Assembly: GCF_006345805.1 (NCBI RefSeq)
Contig: NC_043005.1
Location: 73,718,001-73,782,000 of the forward strand
Reading direction: 5' to 3'
Origin: Octopus sinensis
Taxonomy: Eukaryota
DNA: 64,000 nucleotides
The notes beneath the pieces were generated by a model that did not search any database, was not told the origin of the DNA, and was given only the letters and a program-made list of their open reading frames with translations. Below, in pieces: positions 39,440-53,030 of this stretch. Both the position numbers and the translations under genes were made by a program. Positions within the stretch are counted from its first letter, which is position 1, and every line of letters starts with the position of its first letter.

Positions 39440-39950
39440 TGTATGTATGTATGTATGTGTGTGTATGTATGTGTGTATGTGTGTAAGTGTGTGTGTATGT
39501 ATGTATGTATGTATGTGTGTATGTATGTATTTTTGCATGCATGTATGTGTGTATGTGTGTGTGTGTACATATGTATGTTTATGTATGTGTGTGTATGTAT
39601 GTATGTATTTATGTATGTAGTGTATGTATGTGTGTGTATGTATGTATGTGTGCATGCGTGTATGTGTGCATGTGTATGTATGTATGTATATATATGTATG
39701 TATATATGTGTGTATGTATGTGCGTATGTATGTATGTGTGTGTATGTGTGTGTGTATGTGTGTGTATGTATGTATGTATGTATGTGTATGTGTGTAAGTT
39801 TGTGTGTATGTATGTATGTATGTATGTACGTGTGTGTGTATGTATGTGTGTGTATGTATGTGTGCGTGCGTGTGTGTGTATGTGTGTGTGTATGTGTGTG
39901 TGTATGTATGTATGTATATGTATGTTTACATATATATATATATATATATA
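38810..39950. repeat. 1.1-kb (TG)/(TATG) microsatellite
   Basis: Direct reading; source of the 354-aa and 330-aa spurious ORFs. Confidence 0.95.
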
Positions 39951-40099
39951 TAGACATAAGTTCAGTAAAAATTTAAATTCAGATGAATATGGTACTTAAG
40001 TTAAAGGCACCAGAATTTGGTGTGGTATTATGCATATAAATCAAATGGGGTGATTATAATCAAAATAATACCCTTGTTGCTTATTTTGATTATATATAA

Positions 40100-40795
40100 A
40101 ACTTAGATAAACTTAGATATGTTTCGACCAAAGATTGGTTCAGGCCATGTCTAACTTAATAGCACAACCTGATAGGATTACTCGAATCCTGTTTAAGTCA
40201 AGTTTTGTTTATGGTCCATTCAAGTAGTGAGTTTTTGTTGGATGAATTGTATCCAATTATGGGTGACTTATCTGATATTCTTTGAAGGAATCTATCCAGA
40301 CTCCGTTTAAAGTTGATGGGATCCTTTTCCTCTTTGATCGCTTTCAGGACAATGTTAAATAGGGCAGGGCCTGTTGAGGAAAAGAAATTATGTTGCAGTG
40401 TACATGTATGCTGTGATCTTGAATTGGGCAGGGGACGTATGACCAGTGGTCCCAGTCTTGGATGAACCTTGAAGCTAACGTTTAGGTCGTTTGGGCAAAG
40501 TTGGCGGTATATTCTCCACATCGTACTAATGATGTACCGCTCACGGCGACGCTGGAGAGAGTAGAGTTTCAAGGCTTTTAGGCGACCCCAATAATCGAGA
40601 ACAGCCATGCCTTCAATTCGTTTAGTGAGTGCCCTCTGGGGTGATTCAATCCTCGAGATGTTTTGTCTTGTATGGGGATACCTCAGTGGGCAGCAGTATT
40701 CGAGGTGTGGCCGTACAAAGGAGGAGAAAAGTGGTATGATGACACCTTGTTCTCTGGACCGAAAAGTTCTTAAGATCCAGGAACTCATCATTCAG
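40100..40795 (-). mobile_element. 5'-truncated CR1-like LINE (ORF2 C-terminus plus 3' UTR)
   Basis: Open 197-aa frame VRPHLEYCC...IESPQRALTKRIEGM..LDYWGRLKALKLYSLQRRRERY, the canonical post-RT CR1/L2-group motif. Short tandem tail (AACTTAGAT)x2 at ~40100. Confidence 0.9.
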
Positions 40796-41375
40796 GAAAT
40801 ATATATAGACTGTGGTAAACAGTCTAATTTACATTTTATATCAACATAAGAAAACAGTGAATCCGAAGTACTGTTTACCTAGTGACCAGACTGAAACATG
40901 TGTAGGCCTTTTAATGCTTGTTTTATAATATTTATAAATATATGTTGCTTTAAATTTTATTTGTAGTCACTTATTTACTATATTTTATTGTGCTAAACAT
41001 GATACAAATAAAATAAGTATCCATTATTATTTCTGTTTTCTTACGTTGATATAAAATGCATACACGTGTGTATGTGTGTGTGTGTATGTGTTTGTGTGTG
41101 TGTGTGTGTGTAATATTTCGCTCAGGAATTGCGATACTAATACCCTGGTGTAAAACACAATATACATATGCTTCGTAATGAAGCGCTAGATGAGTATAAG
41201 CGGTAATACAAATAGATCTATCTACTGATAGATCATTCGATCATTATACACATCTTAGAATTAATCTCATTCTAACTGCGGGAGGAGTCCTTGGTCTTCA
41301 TCTCCCACATATATACTTTCTCTTTGGTAATGCCTCCTTGTATATAAGCCTAAATGTATTTGTGTGGGATAGAAT

Positions 41376-41669
41376 ATTTTGAGTGGAATATGATTTCAGT
41401 TGCAAAAGCGGTGCGTCACCTCTTGACTTATCAGTATTTCTGGAAGGCCAGGACGTCTTATGAACATTGGCCACTGATGTGGTGTAATGAATATATAATT
41501 TTACATGTTATGAGGCTTCCTCTGTTGTGATATGTTCTCTCAACCCTTATGACGGTGTAATCAAGTATTTTGAATATCCTGTGTTGTTGGTATAAAAATG
41601 TGATTTGAGTTATCACAAAATCGTATAAACATTTTTAGTTACATAAAGAGTTTTTTAACCGTTACTCTT
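41376..41669. repeat. Near-identical donor/paralog of the hAT MITE interior
   Basis: Matches 36004-36223 with one mismatch seen, plus a 74-bp segment (41409-41482) absent from the MITE copy. Confidence 0.9.
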
Positions 41670-42271
41670 GCATTGTGACTTGCAATGTTTTTAGATATTA
41701 ATATTTGTGTCATGTTCATATGATTTATTTAATATCAAAATTTATGTCATGTTTAAACGATTTATTTTTTAGTGTGAATTGCTCGGATGTTTTAAATGCC
41801 CCAACAATTCACAGATTTTAAATGTATTTTTAATGAATTCCGTGTGGAATTGTGATGTTTAGAAGGAAAATAATAATGATATTCTGAGCTTTTACCGTTG
41901 TTGATTTTTTTTAATAATGTTACTCATTTCTGAAATGCCGCTTATTTATGTGAAGTTTGTTTTGTCTTCTTGTACATTGCTTGCTTGCTTAATTTTTGGA
42001 GAATGTCTTCTACTATAGCTCCGGACAGACCAATGCCTTCTCTGTAAATTTCGTAGATGAAAACTATATATAACCAGCATTCAATTACCGTTCGGTTTGT
42101 CTCCTTATACCACGACCTTCTCTGCTTCTATCTTTGTGTACAAGCAGTCTCTGGATGAAGACCGAGCCTGCGCTGCTCAACCACAAGACACCTGCCGGGC
42201 GAAATGCTTTCACCTTTGATACTTGCCTCAATAACACCATTATTTAATACATTTGTATCAGATATTTTCAC

Positions 42272-42302
<31 letters not shown>

Positions 42303-42311
42303 TTGTTATTA

Positions 42312-42345
<34 letters not shown>

Positions 42346-42373
42346 AATTATTATTATTATTATTATTATTATT

Positions 42374-42958
42374 GAGTGAGAGAGCAGTGCATGCCATCAA
42401 AGTGACACTGGGGTAAAATATACGAAGCCCAATATACCCATCATGACTACCCGTCTGATAAGGGTACACCAGGCACATGCATCACAACCATATGTGCGCG
42501 ACATGGTGATCTCATATCAAGATAAACAGCACATGACCTTGCAGGTGGGGCCCAGTTAGAATTTTCTTCATGTTGAGTAGCCCATCCCGCTCAAAAGGTC
42601 CCTGAATAAGGGTTGTTTAAGGACGTTGAACGAAACACTCATGTTTCCAGAGGTGAATTATTCAAACCCCAAAGAATCCTTCTCAACACATGGCTATGAT
42701 GCTCCCCCACTACTTCTGCTCGTGATCAGAGATGCACATATCGTCAGCCACTAAGGGACATGCTCAACTGGTTAAGGTCAAACAACTGACAAGCAAATCT
42801 GTGGTATTGAGCAGAATATTTGCTGTAGCCCATCTTTTATGCCAAGACAAAACAATGTACATGATAACACTTCCAATCAGTTAAGATCAGAAGCCATGAG
42901 AGCCACTGCCTGGTACTGCATCAGGGCATGGGGCCACTGCCTGGTACTGCATCAGGGC
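42374..42958 (-). mobile_element. ~580-bp non-coding retroposon-like repeat with (AAT)n tail (family D)
   Basis: Three copies (42374, 43875, 46707). The first two are embedded in (ATT)n; this copy has a 26-bp terminal duplication. Confidence 0.8.
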
Positions 42959-42963
42959 TATTA

Positions 42964-43018
<55 letters not shown>

Positions 43019-43029
43019 CAACATCATCA

Positions 43030-43078
<49 letters not shown>

Positions 43079-43339
43079 CTTATGATCTGCATGTTTGTTA
43101 CAATCACTCGCCGAGACACACCCAGTGTCCTAGGGCGAGTGAAGGATAAGAGATGTTACAGTATTACTGAAAACTTAGGGAGGGGAAGTGGCAAGATCAG
43201 CAGCGAAGTATCTTCCTGTAATACAAAACATACATTTAAATTGATAGGGTCTTTCTAAGGATGTGAGCAGTACTTTTCAGCACAACAGCACGTCAGCACA
43301 GGTCATGTCCTTGTCTTATTATTAATATAATTATTTACT

Positions 43340-43581
43340 CTCTTACTTTTTTACTTGTTTCAATCATTTGACTGCGGCCATGCCGGAGCACCGCCTTTAG
43401 TCGAGCAAATCGACCCCAATACTTATTCTTTGTAAACCAAGTACTCATTCTATCGGTCTCTTTTGCCGAACCACTAAGTTACGCGGATGTAAACACACCA
43501 GCATCGGTTGTCAAGTAATGTTGGGAGGTAAAATACATACACACAAACACACACACACACACATACATATATATATATGTA

Positions 43582-43651
<70 letters not shown>

Positions 43652-43815
43652 TACGACGGGCTTCTTTCAGTTTCCGTTTACCAAATCCACTCACAAGGTT
43701 TTGGTCGGCCCGAGGCTATAGTAGAAGACACTTGCCCAAAGTGCCACGTAGTGGCACTGAACCTGGAACCATGTGGTTGGTAAGTAAGCTACTTACCACA
43801 CAGCCACTCCACCGC
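43340..43815 (-). mobile_element. Composite SINE family C
   Basis: Tail-(CA)(TA)-head arrangement as at 9520. Confidence 0.85.
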
Positions 43816-43842
43816 CTATTATAATTGCAATTATTATCATCA

Positions 43843-43874
<32 letters not shown>

Positions 43875-44460
43875 GAGTGAGCGAGCAGAGCATGCCATCA
43901 AAGTGACACTGGGGTAAAATATACGAAGCCCAGTATACCCATCATGACTACCCGTCTGATAAGGGTACACCAGGCACATGCATCACAACCATATGTGCGC
44001 GACATGGTGATCTCATATCAAGATAAGCAGCGCATGACCTTGCAGGTGGAGCCCAGTTAGAATTTTCTTCAGTTCGATTAGCTCATCCCTCTCAAAAGAT
44101 CCCAGATTAAGGGTTGTTTAAGGATGTTGGACAAGACACCCATGTTTCCAGAAGCGAACTATTCAAACCCCAAGAATCCTTCTCAACACATGGCTATGAT
44201 GCTCCCCCACTACTTCAGCTCGTGATCGGAGATGCACATATCGTCAACCACTAAGGGACATGCTCAACTGGTTAAGGTCAAACAACTGACAAGCAAATCT
44301 GTGGTATTGAGCAGAATATTTGCTGTAGCCCATCTTTTATACCAAGACAAAACAATCTTTTATACCAAGACAAAACAATCTTTTATACCAAGACAAAACA
44401 ATCTTTTATACCAAGACAAAACAATCTTTTATACCAAGACAAAACAATCTTTTATACCAA
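43875..44460 (-). mobile_element. Family D copy ending in a 23-bp minisatellite
   Basis: TTTTATACCAAGACAAAACAATC x5.5 at 44335-44460. Confidence 0.85.
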
Positions 44461-44648
44461 TTATTATTATTAATATAATTATTATTATTATAATCATTAT
44501 TATTACCATCTCATTATCACAGGTTTTGTTGGACCTTCTGGACTCTTGCATGAGTAGCGCTCTTACTATCTGCAGCCTACGGTACCATGCTATTCGTTCT
44601 TTTCAGCAATCTAATAATTTCCTAATAATAATAATCAATATCATTATT

Positions 44649-44679
<31 letters not shown>

Positions 44680-45099
44680 TCGTCGTTCTTGTTGTTGTTG
44701 TTGTTATTGTTGTTAACATATCTTATTCTATCACAAAGCCGCAAATTTCATAAGATATTGTAAGAGAACATTTGTATATTACAGCGGTTTACTTTAAATA
44801 CGAAGAACGAATGAAGAGTGAGGTTGACTATGGTTGTATTGGGAAAAAGAATTTAATAGTGCATTGATTAAATAGCAATTCCTTATTAAAGCACAAGATC
44901 TTAAATCTAGGGTAATGGTCTCGGCTGGATTTCAACTCAGAATTTGAATGGTTGTAAAATGTTAACATGGAATCTTTTCACCATTTTATTGCTTTATTAT
45001 ATTATCAGCTAATCATTGAAACAGCTACGATGTGTTAGGCATTATATTTATGTTATTTATTTACTATATATTTATGCACGTATGTGCACACACACATAT

Positions 45100-45620
45100 A
45101 TATGGATGTGTGCATCTCGCCTTCTCTCTCTCTCTCTCTTTCTTTATCACTCAATCTTCCCTCTCCTCTCTCTCTCTCTCTCTCTCTCTCCGTTTCTTTA
45201 TCACTCAATCTTCCCTCTCTCTCTCTGCTACTCACTCACTCCTCCTTCTCTCTCTCTCTATATATATATATATACATATATTTGTGTGTGCGTGTGCGTA
45301 TGCGCATGTATGTATGTACGTATGAATATATTTTTACATATATGTATATATATATATGTATGCATATATATAAATGTATGTATATATATATATGTGTGTG
45401 TATGTGTGTGTGTACATATCTTACGTATGTACATATATATATATATATATATATCTTATGTATACATATATGTATATATGTATGTGTATATATATGTATA
45501 TATATATATACATACATACATATGTGCGTGTGTGTATGTGTGTGTGTGTGCGTGCATGTGTGTGTGTGCATGCATGTGTGTGTGTGTGCGTGTATGTGTG
45601 TGTGTGTGTGTAATCGATGA
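45100..45620. repeat. (CT)/(TA)/(TG) compound microsatellite
   Basis: Direct reading. Confidence 0.9.
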
Positions 45621-45999
45621 TCCTCGTTATTCGTTATTCCCACAGTATATTTATCTTACCATTTTATCGGTGTCGTATCCTAAACTCCACCAGCATCATC
45701 AGCATCCTTGGTTTTTATCATTATATTATTATCACTACTACTACTACTACTGCTGCTGCTGATGATGCTGATTCTGCTGCTGCTTCTGTGTTGTATTTCC
45801 TTTCTATTTGTCATGCCTGGTTCTTTTCCGTGTACAATACTCAACAATGGATAATATCGGAAGTAATAGAGATGGTCAAAGAAAATATGGCCAAATGAAA
45901 TTAAATAGTAATATTATGGGATCGGTTGTAATTCCATTCTCCCTGTTTGCAATACTGGTCATAAACCTAAATGGAACGGTTCCCTTTCATTCTCGCACC

Positions 46000-46036
<37 letters not shown>

Positions 46037-46216
46037 GCTTTCTCGTTCTCTCTCTCTCTCTCTCGTTCTCACTATCTCCATCTTTCTCTTTTTAATTTTT
46101 CCTTCACATTTTAAACTGAAGCACAGTTTTGTCAAGCCTGGCGTGTCCTCACGATATATTTCATTTATAGCTACTAAACAATAATAAGACTTAACAGTAG
46201 TGATGTTGATGTTGAA

Positions 46217-46273
<57 letters not shown>

Positions 46274-46600
46274 TTTGAGAAACTCTCAAAATACAAAGAC
46301 CTGGAAATAGAGGTAACCAGAATGTGGAATCTAAAAACAGAAACAATTCCTATCATAGTAGGTGCATTAGGTATGATAAAAAAATATTCAGACAAATACG
46401 TAACAAAAACACCAGGACTTACAAACACATATAACATACAGAAAATTGCACTACTAGGCACTGCACACATCCTACGCAGAACACTTTCCATACAATAACC
46501 ATCAGAGCATCACAACAAATCACAGCACATACCTAAGGCACCCAGAGCTGCGCTCGGTAGTGAAGTGAAAGAACGCTATAAAAATAAAACTACTAAATAA
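46274..46600 (+). mobile_element. R4/Dong-like (REL endonuclease) LINE 3' fragment inside (TAA)n
   Basis: EKLSKYKDLEIEVTRMWNLKTETIPIIVGALG...IQKIALLGTAHILRRTL* with the stop at 46496-46498; (TAA)n on both sides. Confidence 0.85.
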
Positions 46601-46642
46601 TAATAATAATAATAATAATAAGCCTAATTGGCAGTAGTAGTA

Positions 46643-46696
<54 letters not shown>

Positions 46697-46706
46697 AAGC
46701 GTTACT

Positions 46707-47150
46707 GAGTGAGAGAGCAGCGCATGCCCTCAAGGAAACACAGGGGCACAAATATATGGATCCAAATATACCTACCATGGCTACCCGTCTTATAAGAGTA
46801 CACCAGGTGTATGCATCATAAACATATGTGCGTGACATGGTGATCTCATATTAAGATAAACAATACATGACCCTACATGTGGGATTCAGTTAGAACTTTC
46901 TTCAGACTGAGTAGCTCATCCCGCTCAAAAGGTCCCTGAATAAGGGTTGCTTAAGGATGATGAATGAAACACCGATGCGTCCAGGGGTGTGTTATTCAAA
47001 TTCCAAAGAATTTCCTCTCGACTTATAGCTATGATGCCCTCACCACTACTCCTGCTCGTGATCAGAGATGCTCGTATCGTCAGCCACTAAGATACATATA
47101 TATAATGACAAGCAACTCTACGGTATTAAGCAGAATATTTGCTGTAGTCC
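46707..47150 (-). mobile_element. Diverged family D copy
   Basis: GAGTGAGAGAGCAGCGCATGCC...CCGCTCAAAAGGTCCCTGAATAAGGG...GCAGAATATTTGCTGTAG. Confidence 0.75.
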
Positions 47151-47227
47151 AGAGAAAAAATGGTACACAAGACGTGATGTTTGTGCAAGTCGCACTCAAC
47201 TTCAAACATTTTCACGAGTATCATTGA

Positions 47228-47642
<415 letters not shown>

Positions 47643-49859
47643 GATGTATGTATGTATGTATATACGTATGTATATACGTATGTATATATGTATGTATGTA
47701 AAGTTAATCCAAACAAGAAAGCACAAAAAACACAACAACGCGAAGACGTGGAACAAATATAGTATTATTGGACGCTCAGGAAAGAAGGAAAGAAAGGGGG
47801 TTTATGTATGTATGTATGTATGTATGTATGCATGTATGTATTATGTTTGTATTATGATTTTTCTTTGAGTTTTATTTTCTTCCTAAGAGGGTTTAAGCCG
47901 GTCACTAGCCAAACGACAAGTCTTTTTAAGTCAAGAGAGTTCCCACAAATATGTGGTTATGTTGGTGTGTTGGTTGAACACGATCGATGCATAAACCCAA
48001 GTTTGTGCATCTATTCACCTAAAGAATTTCAAATGGAAAATTTTTGGAATGTCTTACAAATCTTAACGGTATATTAATCTTTCTGAAATTGTACCAATGT
48101 AGGACCTCTATGACACCAATGTTGCGGATGTTTTGGAGTAAGCATTTCAAGGCCAAAGTGGAAATATCCCTGATGAAAATGCAACCGCGATACAGCAATG
48201 ATGTCCATTTGAACCCATTTTAAATGAAAGAGTGCTTATAGTACACTTGACTATCTCAACCACCCACGTTTTCTTTAAAACATAAACATTCTTCCAGTAT
48301 TTCACATGTCACATTAGTTTTCATTTAACACGTCGGTTATGATTACTTATTAATAAGAATAGTCAAGGATTGAAAGAAAATTCTCACTCAGTTTTTATCC
48401 AATTGTGTAGGCATGATGATTGACACGCGCCATAGAAGCTTCTTAGAGACTCCATTTTTATTTTGTCACACAGAACGAAAAACGTTTTCATCTATTCGAT
48501 TATTTGCATAACAATTTGCGTGGAAATGAGTGATTAATATATCTACCAACAATTTTACGTGAATAATCCTTGTAGGCGTATAAATCTACGCATTTATGTA
48601 GCCATAATTACTTCCTGTTAATTACTGTATTTTCTATAATCTTCGAAGCAATTTCTGGTTGTGGACATTTTGAAATTAGAACAATGATATGTCTGAAATG
48701 TGCCTTTATAAATAATGTAACATCAACAGCAGTAGGCAACTGCCTTGTTGATAACAAAGCCGTAGTTAGAATATCGTTTGAATCCCGTCTGAAGAAAGCT
48801 TAAATGAAATTATCAACCCAAATTAATTATATAATGCATCGTTTTTATCCACATTGATTACGGCTGACAACTCCAGTGTTGATGACTAACACATCCTGCT
48901 TGTAATGTAACAATAATTAGCTTGAATAGTTAAACCCCTGGCTTGCTTGGTTGTTGGACTATTTACTTACGACTATTGTTCAATAGGAAATCCACACGAT
49001 ACCACAACTAGTAACAATAAAACCAAATTAAAACAGGAAAAACATGGGTCACAACAATAGCATCAGCAACAACGCAAATAGACTTAATGATTGATTTCGA
49101 TTTTCTAAACAAAATTTATTGTGATTCTTCGGTCAAAACAAGAATATTCTCTCTTATCTCAACCTTTCAGAGAGTAATCACTCAGAAAAACTTGTATCAC
49201 ACTTATAACACAGTTGACGAATACTATATTCAAAAGACAATATAACGTGTGCAGATGTGCGTGCAATTGTCTAAAATATATGCAAATATATGTACATAAA
49301 TTTATGAAATATACATAATCTTACAAAAGATTCCGACTTAAAATTATCCTTTCTTAACTGACGAAGCAAACAGTTAGCCAAAAATATATCAGCCGACCTC
49401 AAATCGTTAAGAAAAGAGGAAAGTTTTTTTTTCTCCCTCCCGGCTATTTATCAACTTAATAACTATAATATATATGTATGTGTACGCGCGCGAGCGTGTG
49501 TGTATGTACACATATATGTATGTGTAGGTATGTGTGTATATTTATATATATATGCGTGCGTGTTATTCATAATTTATATTTTTTTTTGCCATTAAAATTA
49601 TTTTCAATTTAACTGATATTTGAATATATTTCTTTATTTTTCTTGTATTATTCATAATTTCTTTTCGATACTTTAGATATTCTTAAAACAAAGGACTTGC
49701 AGAAACAGTAGAATGCTGGACTAAAAACATAGGATACTTAGCTTACTACTTGAAAGTACTGAGTTCATATCTTACTAAAACTTGAACCAACACTTTTGAT
49801 AAATTCTGTTTTTAGTTTTCATTCTATTGTGGTAACATATTGAAGTTTAACGATGGGCT

Positions 49860-50190
49860 CTGATTTCACCTTGGCAAACCGATGAAAAGAACATCAAGAT
49901 TTGTTCAACGAGAACAACATCCAACTACAGATCCTATTCCAAGAAAGGAGCATTGCAAGGCAAGACAGCTAAATTGGAACACAAGGTCAAACAGATGAAA
50001 ACTGGTGGAAGCAAGAAGAGAGATGCAACAATATACTAAGAAACTGAATCAGTTTGAGACCGAAGATGAAGAGCTACATCATTATGTAGGTTAAAAACGA
50101 TATGAAAGCATTTTACACCGGACTTCAAGAGGTATGCGAGCCACAGAAAAGAGACGCAACAAAGCTCATATCTTTTGACTGCCCATATCT
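49860..50190 (+). mobile_element. RTE-clade LINE internal fragment
   Basis: KEHQDLFNENN (cf. RKHQDWFDEND) and MKAFYTGLQEVCEP (cf. FY..LK.VYGP), motifs of the RTE/BovB linker. Confidence 0.7.
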
Positions 50191-51431
50191 TGTGAACATA
50201 TCTAAACCAGTACCTACCGGAAAGCGTGTACAGTTGAATAGATATATTTATGGCTCAAATGCTTACAAGGGAGTGAACTACGCTAAAATACCCATGGGTC
50301 AAATGATGTGTAAAACCGGGTAGTGTACTATTTATACCACTCAAAAGTAATCCTGTGAATATTTCTGTTGCTGCGGACTAATCCTTGAATATTTTGTTGC
50401 CAGATAAGTTATTCACTTCATTCCATTCGATATCTTACTGAGAAAATTTCACTTCCTTTAAGCTATTGTTACTGTCTGGAAATGCAGAAGTGATGTTATT
50501 TCTGTCTTTTTTATATATACCACGATTTAATTCATAACTATTATACTTCGTATCCATATTATACCTTAATTGTTTGAAATTAATGTATTTCGAAGAGTAA
50601 TACTTCATAACACACTACCTTGGTAGTGAAAAACCATCTGATTAAGCGTAACTTTTGCTTCGTATATTAAAATATTTTGCTGAAATTATCAATTGAAATA
50701 TAAATTTTGGCAAAGAAATATCGAAAAATATTCTAATATAGTTTTACAAGATTGTTCAAGCAGACATACATACAGACAGACAGACAGACAGGCAGGCAGG
50801 TAGGTAGGTAGGTAGGTAGGTAGGTAGTAGGTAGGTAGGTAGGTAGGTAGGTAGGTAGGTAGATTCACACACAAATGCCATCAAATCTATAGATGCTCAA
50901 ACGCACATGCATACACGCATGCACACATGCACATGTGTGTATACATATGGATGTACACATACAAATAATTGTGTGTGTATATGTGTATTCTTGTATATTT
51001 GTGCGTGTGTATGAATGTGTGCAAGCCTGTAAATTGTGATTTTAAAATGATTTTTCGTTGTATTCCACAATAGTCTCTGTTCAATCCGAACACGGAAATA
51101 CCTGTCTAAAAGAGCTATGCGATTATGTCTGATGATATCAAATTGTTTATATTTTACAGTAGTTTTTTGTTGGTTTTGAATATAATCAAGAAGACGACTA
51201 TTATCAACGGAATCGAGATTAAGACTAAAATTTCAAATAGTCATTTTTCGAGTATTGACAGATGTCTGCTGCTACAAATGTTTAACATGCGAAATGGATT
51301 AAGTTCTGTGAAATTCTTCCAGTATGCTTTAACCACTTTATATAGCCAATCGAAGATTCTTCTCGAGCTATTTCGTACTATCTGAGTACATCTTGATATA
51401 AATGCAAAGACCAAATAAAAACAATACTTAC

Positions 51432-51452
51432 GCCTCTTAAGACAGCTAACAG
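51432..51452 (-). other. Candidate 21-nt microexon of an unidentified host gene
   Basis: Minus strand: TACTAAC (branch A at -27)...TATTCTATTACAG|CTGTTAGCTGTCTTAAGAGGC|GTAAGT. Open in phase 0 (LLAVLRG) and phase 1. Confidence 0.4.
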
Positions 51453-51788
51453 CTGTAATAGAATAGTAAGTATCAGCGTTAGTAGTAAAGTTATTACCAA
51501 TGTGAGCGGTGATCATTTTAGCGAGATCTCACGTGGTTTACCTACCTCTTGGTTCTGATCCTCCTTCGACTAACAAGCAGCTCTAATCCACTTTAGACAT
51601 AGATATCAAGAGACTATCAGGTTCTTTTTGTTGCTTTATTTTCTCTTTGGACATAATTTTTTCTTTTGCTTAATTCGCCACGTTCACCTTGAATAATTTC
51701 CAACAGATGTTGCACTTCTTTCTGGTTTCACCTTCCTGTCTTATCAAATCTAATCCTGTAGTCCATAAACAAACTATATAAAAAAATA

Positions 51789-52178
51789 TCTATATATATA
51801 AAGCTGACGTTGTCTGTGCATGGCAGGTTTGGTAGCCTTCAACTAACACTATCTCCTCCGAGACTCTGCGGCGCTAGTTGACCAAAATTGAGAGTATGAT
51901 AGAAGAAGGCTTGCTCTTCTTCCCGTAGAAGAAAACTTCAAATCAGACCATGTTAACACCAGAAATTATTTACATCAAAAAGGTGCTTTTTTTTTTTTGA
52001 AAATCCCTATTGTTTACGATTTTTTTACTGCTGTGTCGCCATTTTTCGGTGTATTTCAACCAGAAAAATGTTCACTTAAAGAGAATAACAAGCTACATAA
52101 TGCAAAATTTTTACTTTTCAAAAATTCCAATTCTAAAGGGTCGAAACAAACCCGAGCAACGCCGGGTGATACTGCTAG
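51789..52178 (+). mobile_element. Non-autonomous Helitron
   Basis: A|TC start, GC-rich hairpin CCCGAGCAACGCCGGG (52151-52166), CTAG|T end; inserted at an AT dinucleotide with no TSD. Confidence 0.8.
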
Positions 52179-52562
52179 TTATATATATTCATGAAAATAT
52201 AGAAACAAATAAGTCGGGGTTAACTATGGGTATGTAGGAGAGTAAAAATTGATATTGAGACTTAATTCGATTAGATTAAATTAAATTAGATTAAATTAAG
52301 AATTATAGAAGTAAAAAGTTGATGAGCGTATGGGTTAGTGAGTATAATATAATAGGTTAGAGCGATATGACTAAGGGGATGTGGTTTTACTAAATAGTTT
52401 ACGAGAAATACGGTATTACAAAGGTATAAAACCGGATATGATAAATGTGATACGTGTATCTGTCTAATTAGGGGAATTAAATACACAAGATACATACACA
52501 AGACACATACACAAGATACATACACACACATACACATACAGATATATATGCACATACAAATT

Positions 52563-52599
<37 letters not shown>

Positions 52600-53030
52600 A
52601 AGTATGTATATATATATGCACATACAAACTTATGATTCAGTCATGAAGATAGTACTAAATAATGTTATTACTCTGCATCTTTGTGGGTTGTAATTTAATT
52701 ATTTAATTTTATTATTAAAGATGAGCTAGTCTATGTGTATTTGTTTATGGTATATTATTAGAGGGATTATTAATGCCATTGCTTAAACCATGTTAAACCA
52801 CAATACCGGATGAACCAACAGCCCGACATGAGGTGGAGACGGGGGCAGTGGAATCAAACTCCCTTATACACCAAATGGGCCAAGAGCTGAGACAAAGACA
52901 CATACAGGAGTGGTGATGTGAAACACTCCAGACTGACTGCGAATATCAGAAAGACCACGGAGGTGGTCCAGCATGACCGCAGCCGCATGGCTGAAACGAT
53001 TAAAATAGTAAAAGAGCAAAAGATATATAT

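Noticed and set aside
38912-39999. 354-aa and 330-aa ORFs
   Set aside because: Translations of a (TG)/(TATG) microsatellite, which lacks stop codons in several frames.
40112-40150. Hammerhead-like CTGAACCAA…TTGGTCGAAAC at the LINE 3' end
   Set aside because: The core is incomplete and there is no NUH triplet with stem I.
44335-44460. 23-bp direct repeats resembling a CRISPR array
   Set aside because: No spacers; the unit derives from the adjacent retroposon; eukaryotic context with no cas genes.
51600-51745. RKKCNICW, possible piggyBac C-terminal Cys-rich domain
   Set aside because: The remaining Cys residues are absent and the frame closes quickly.
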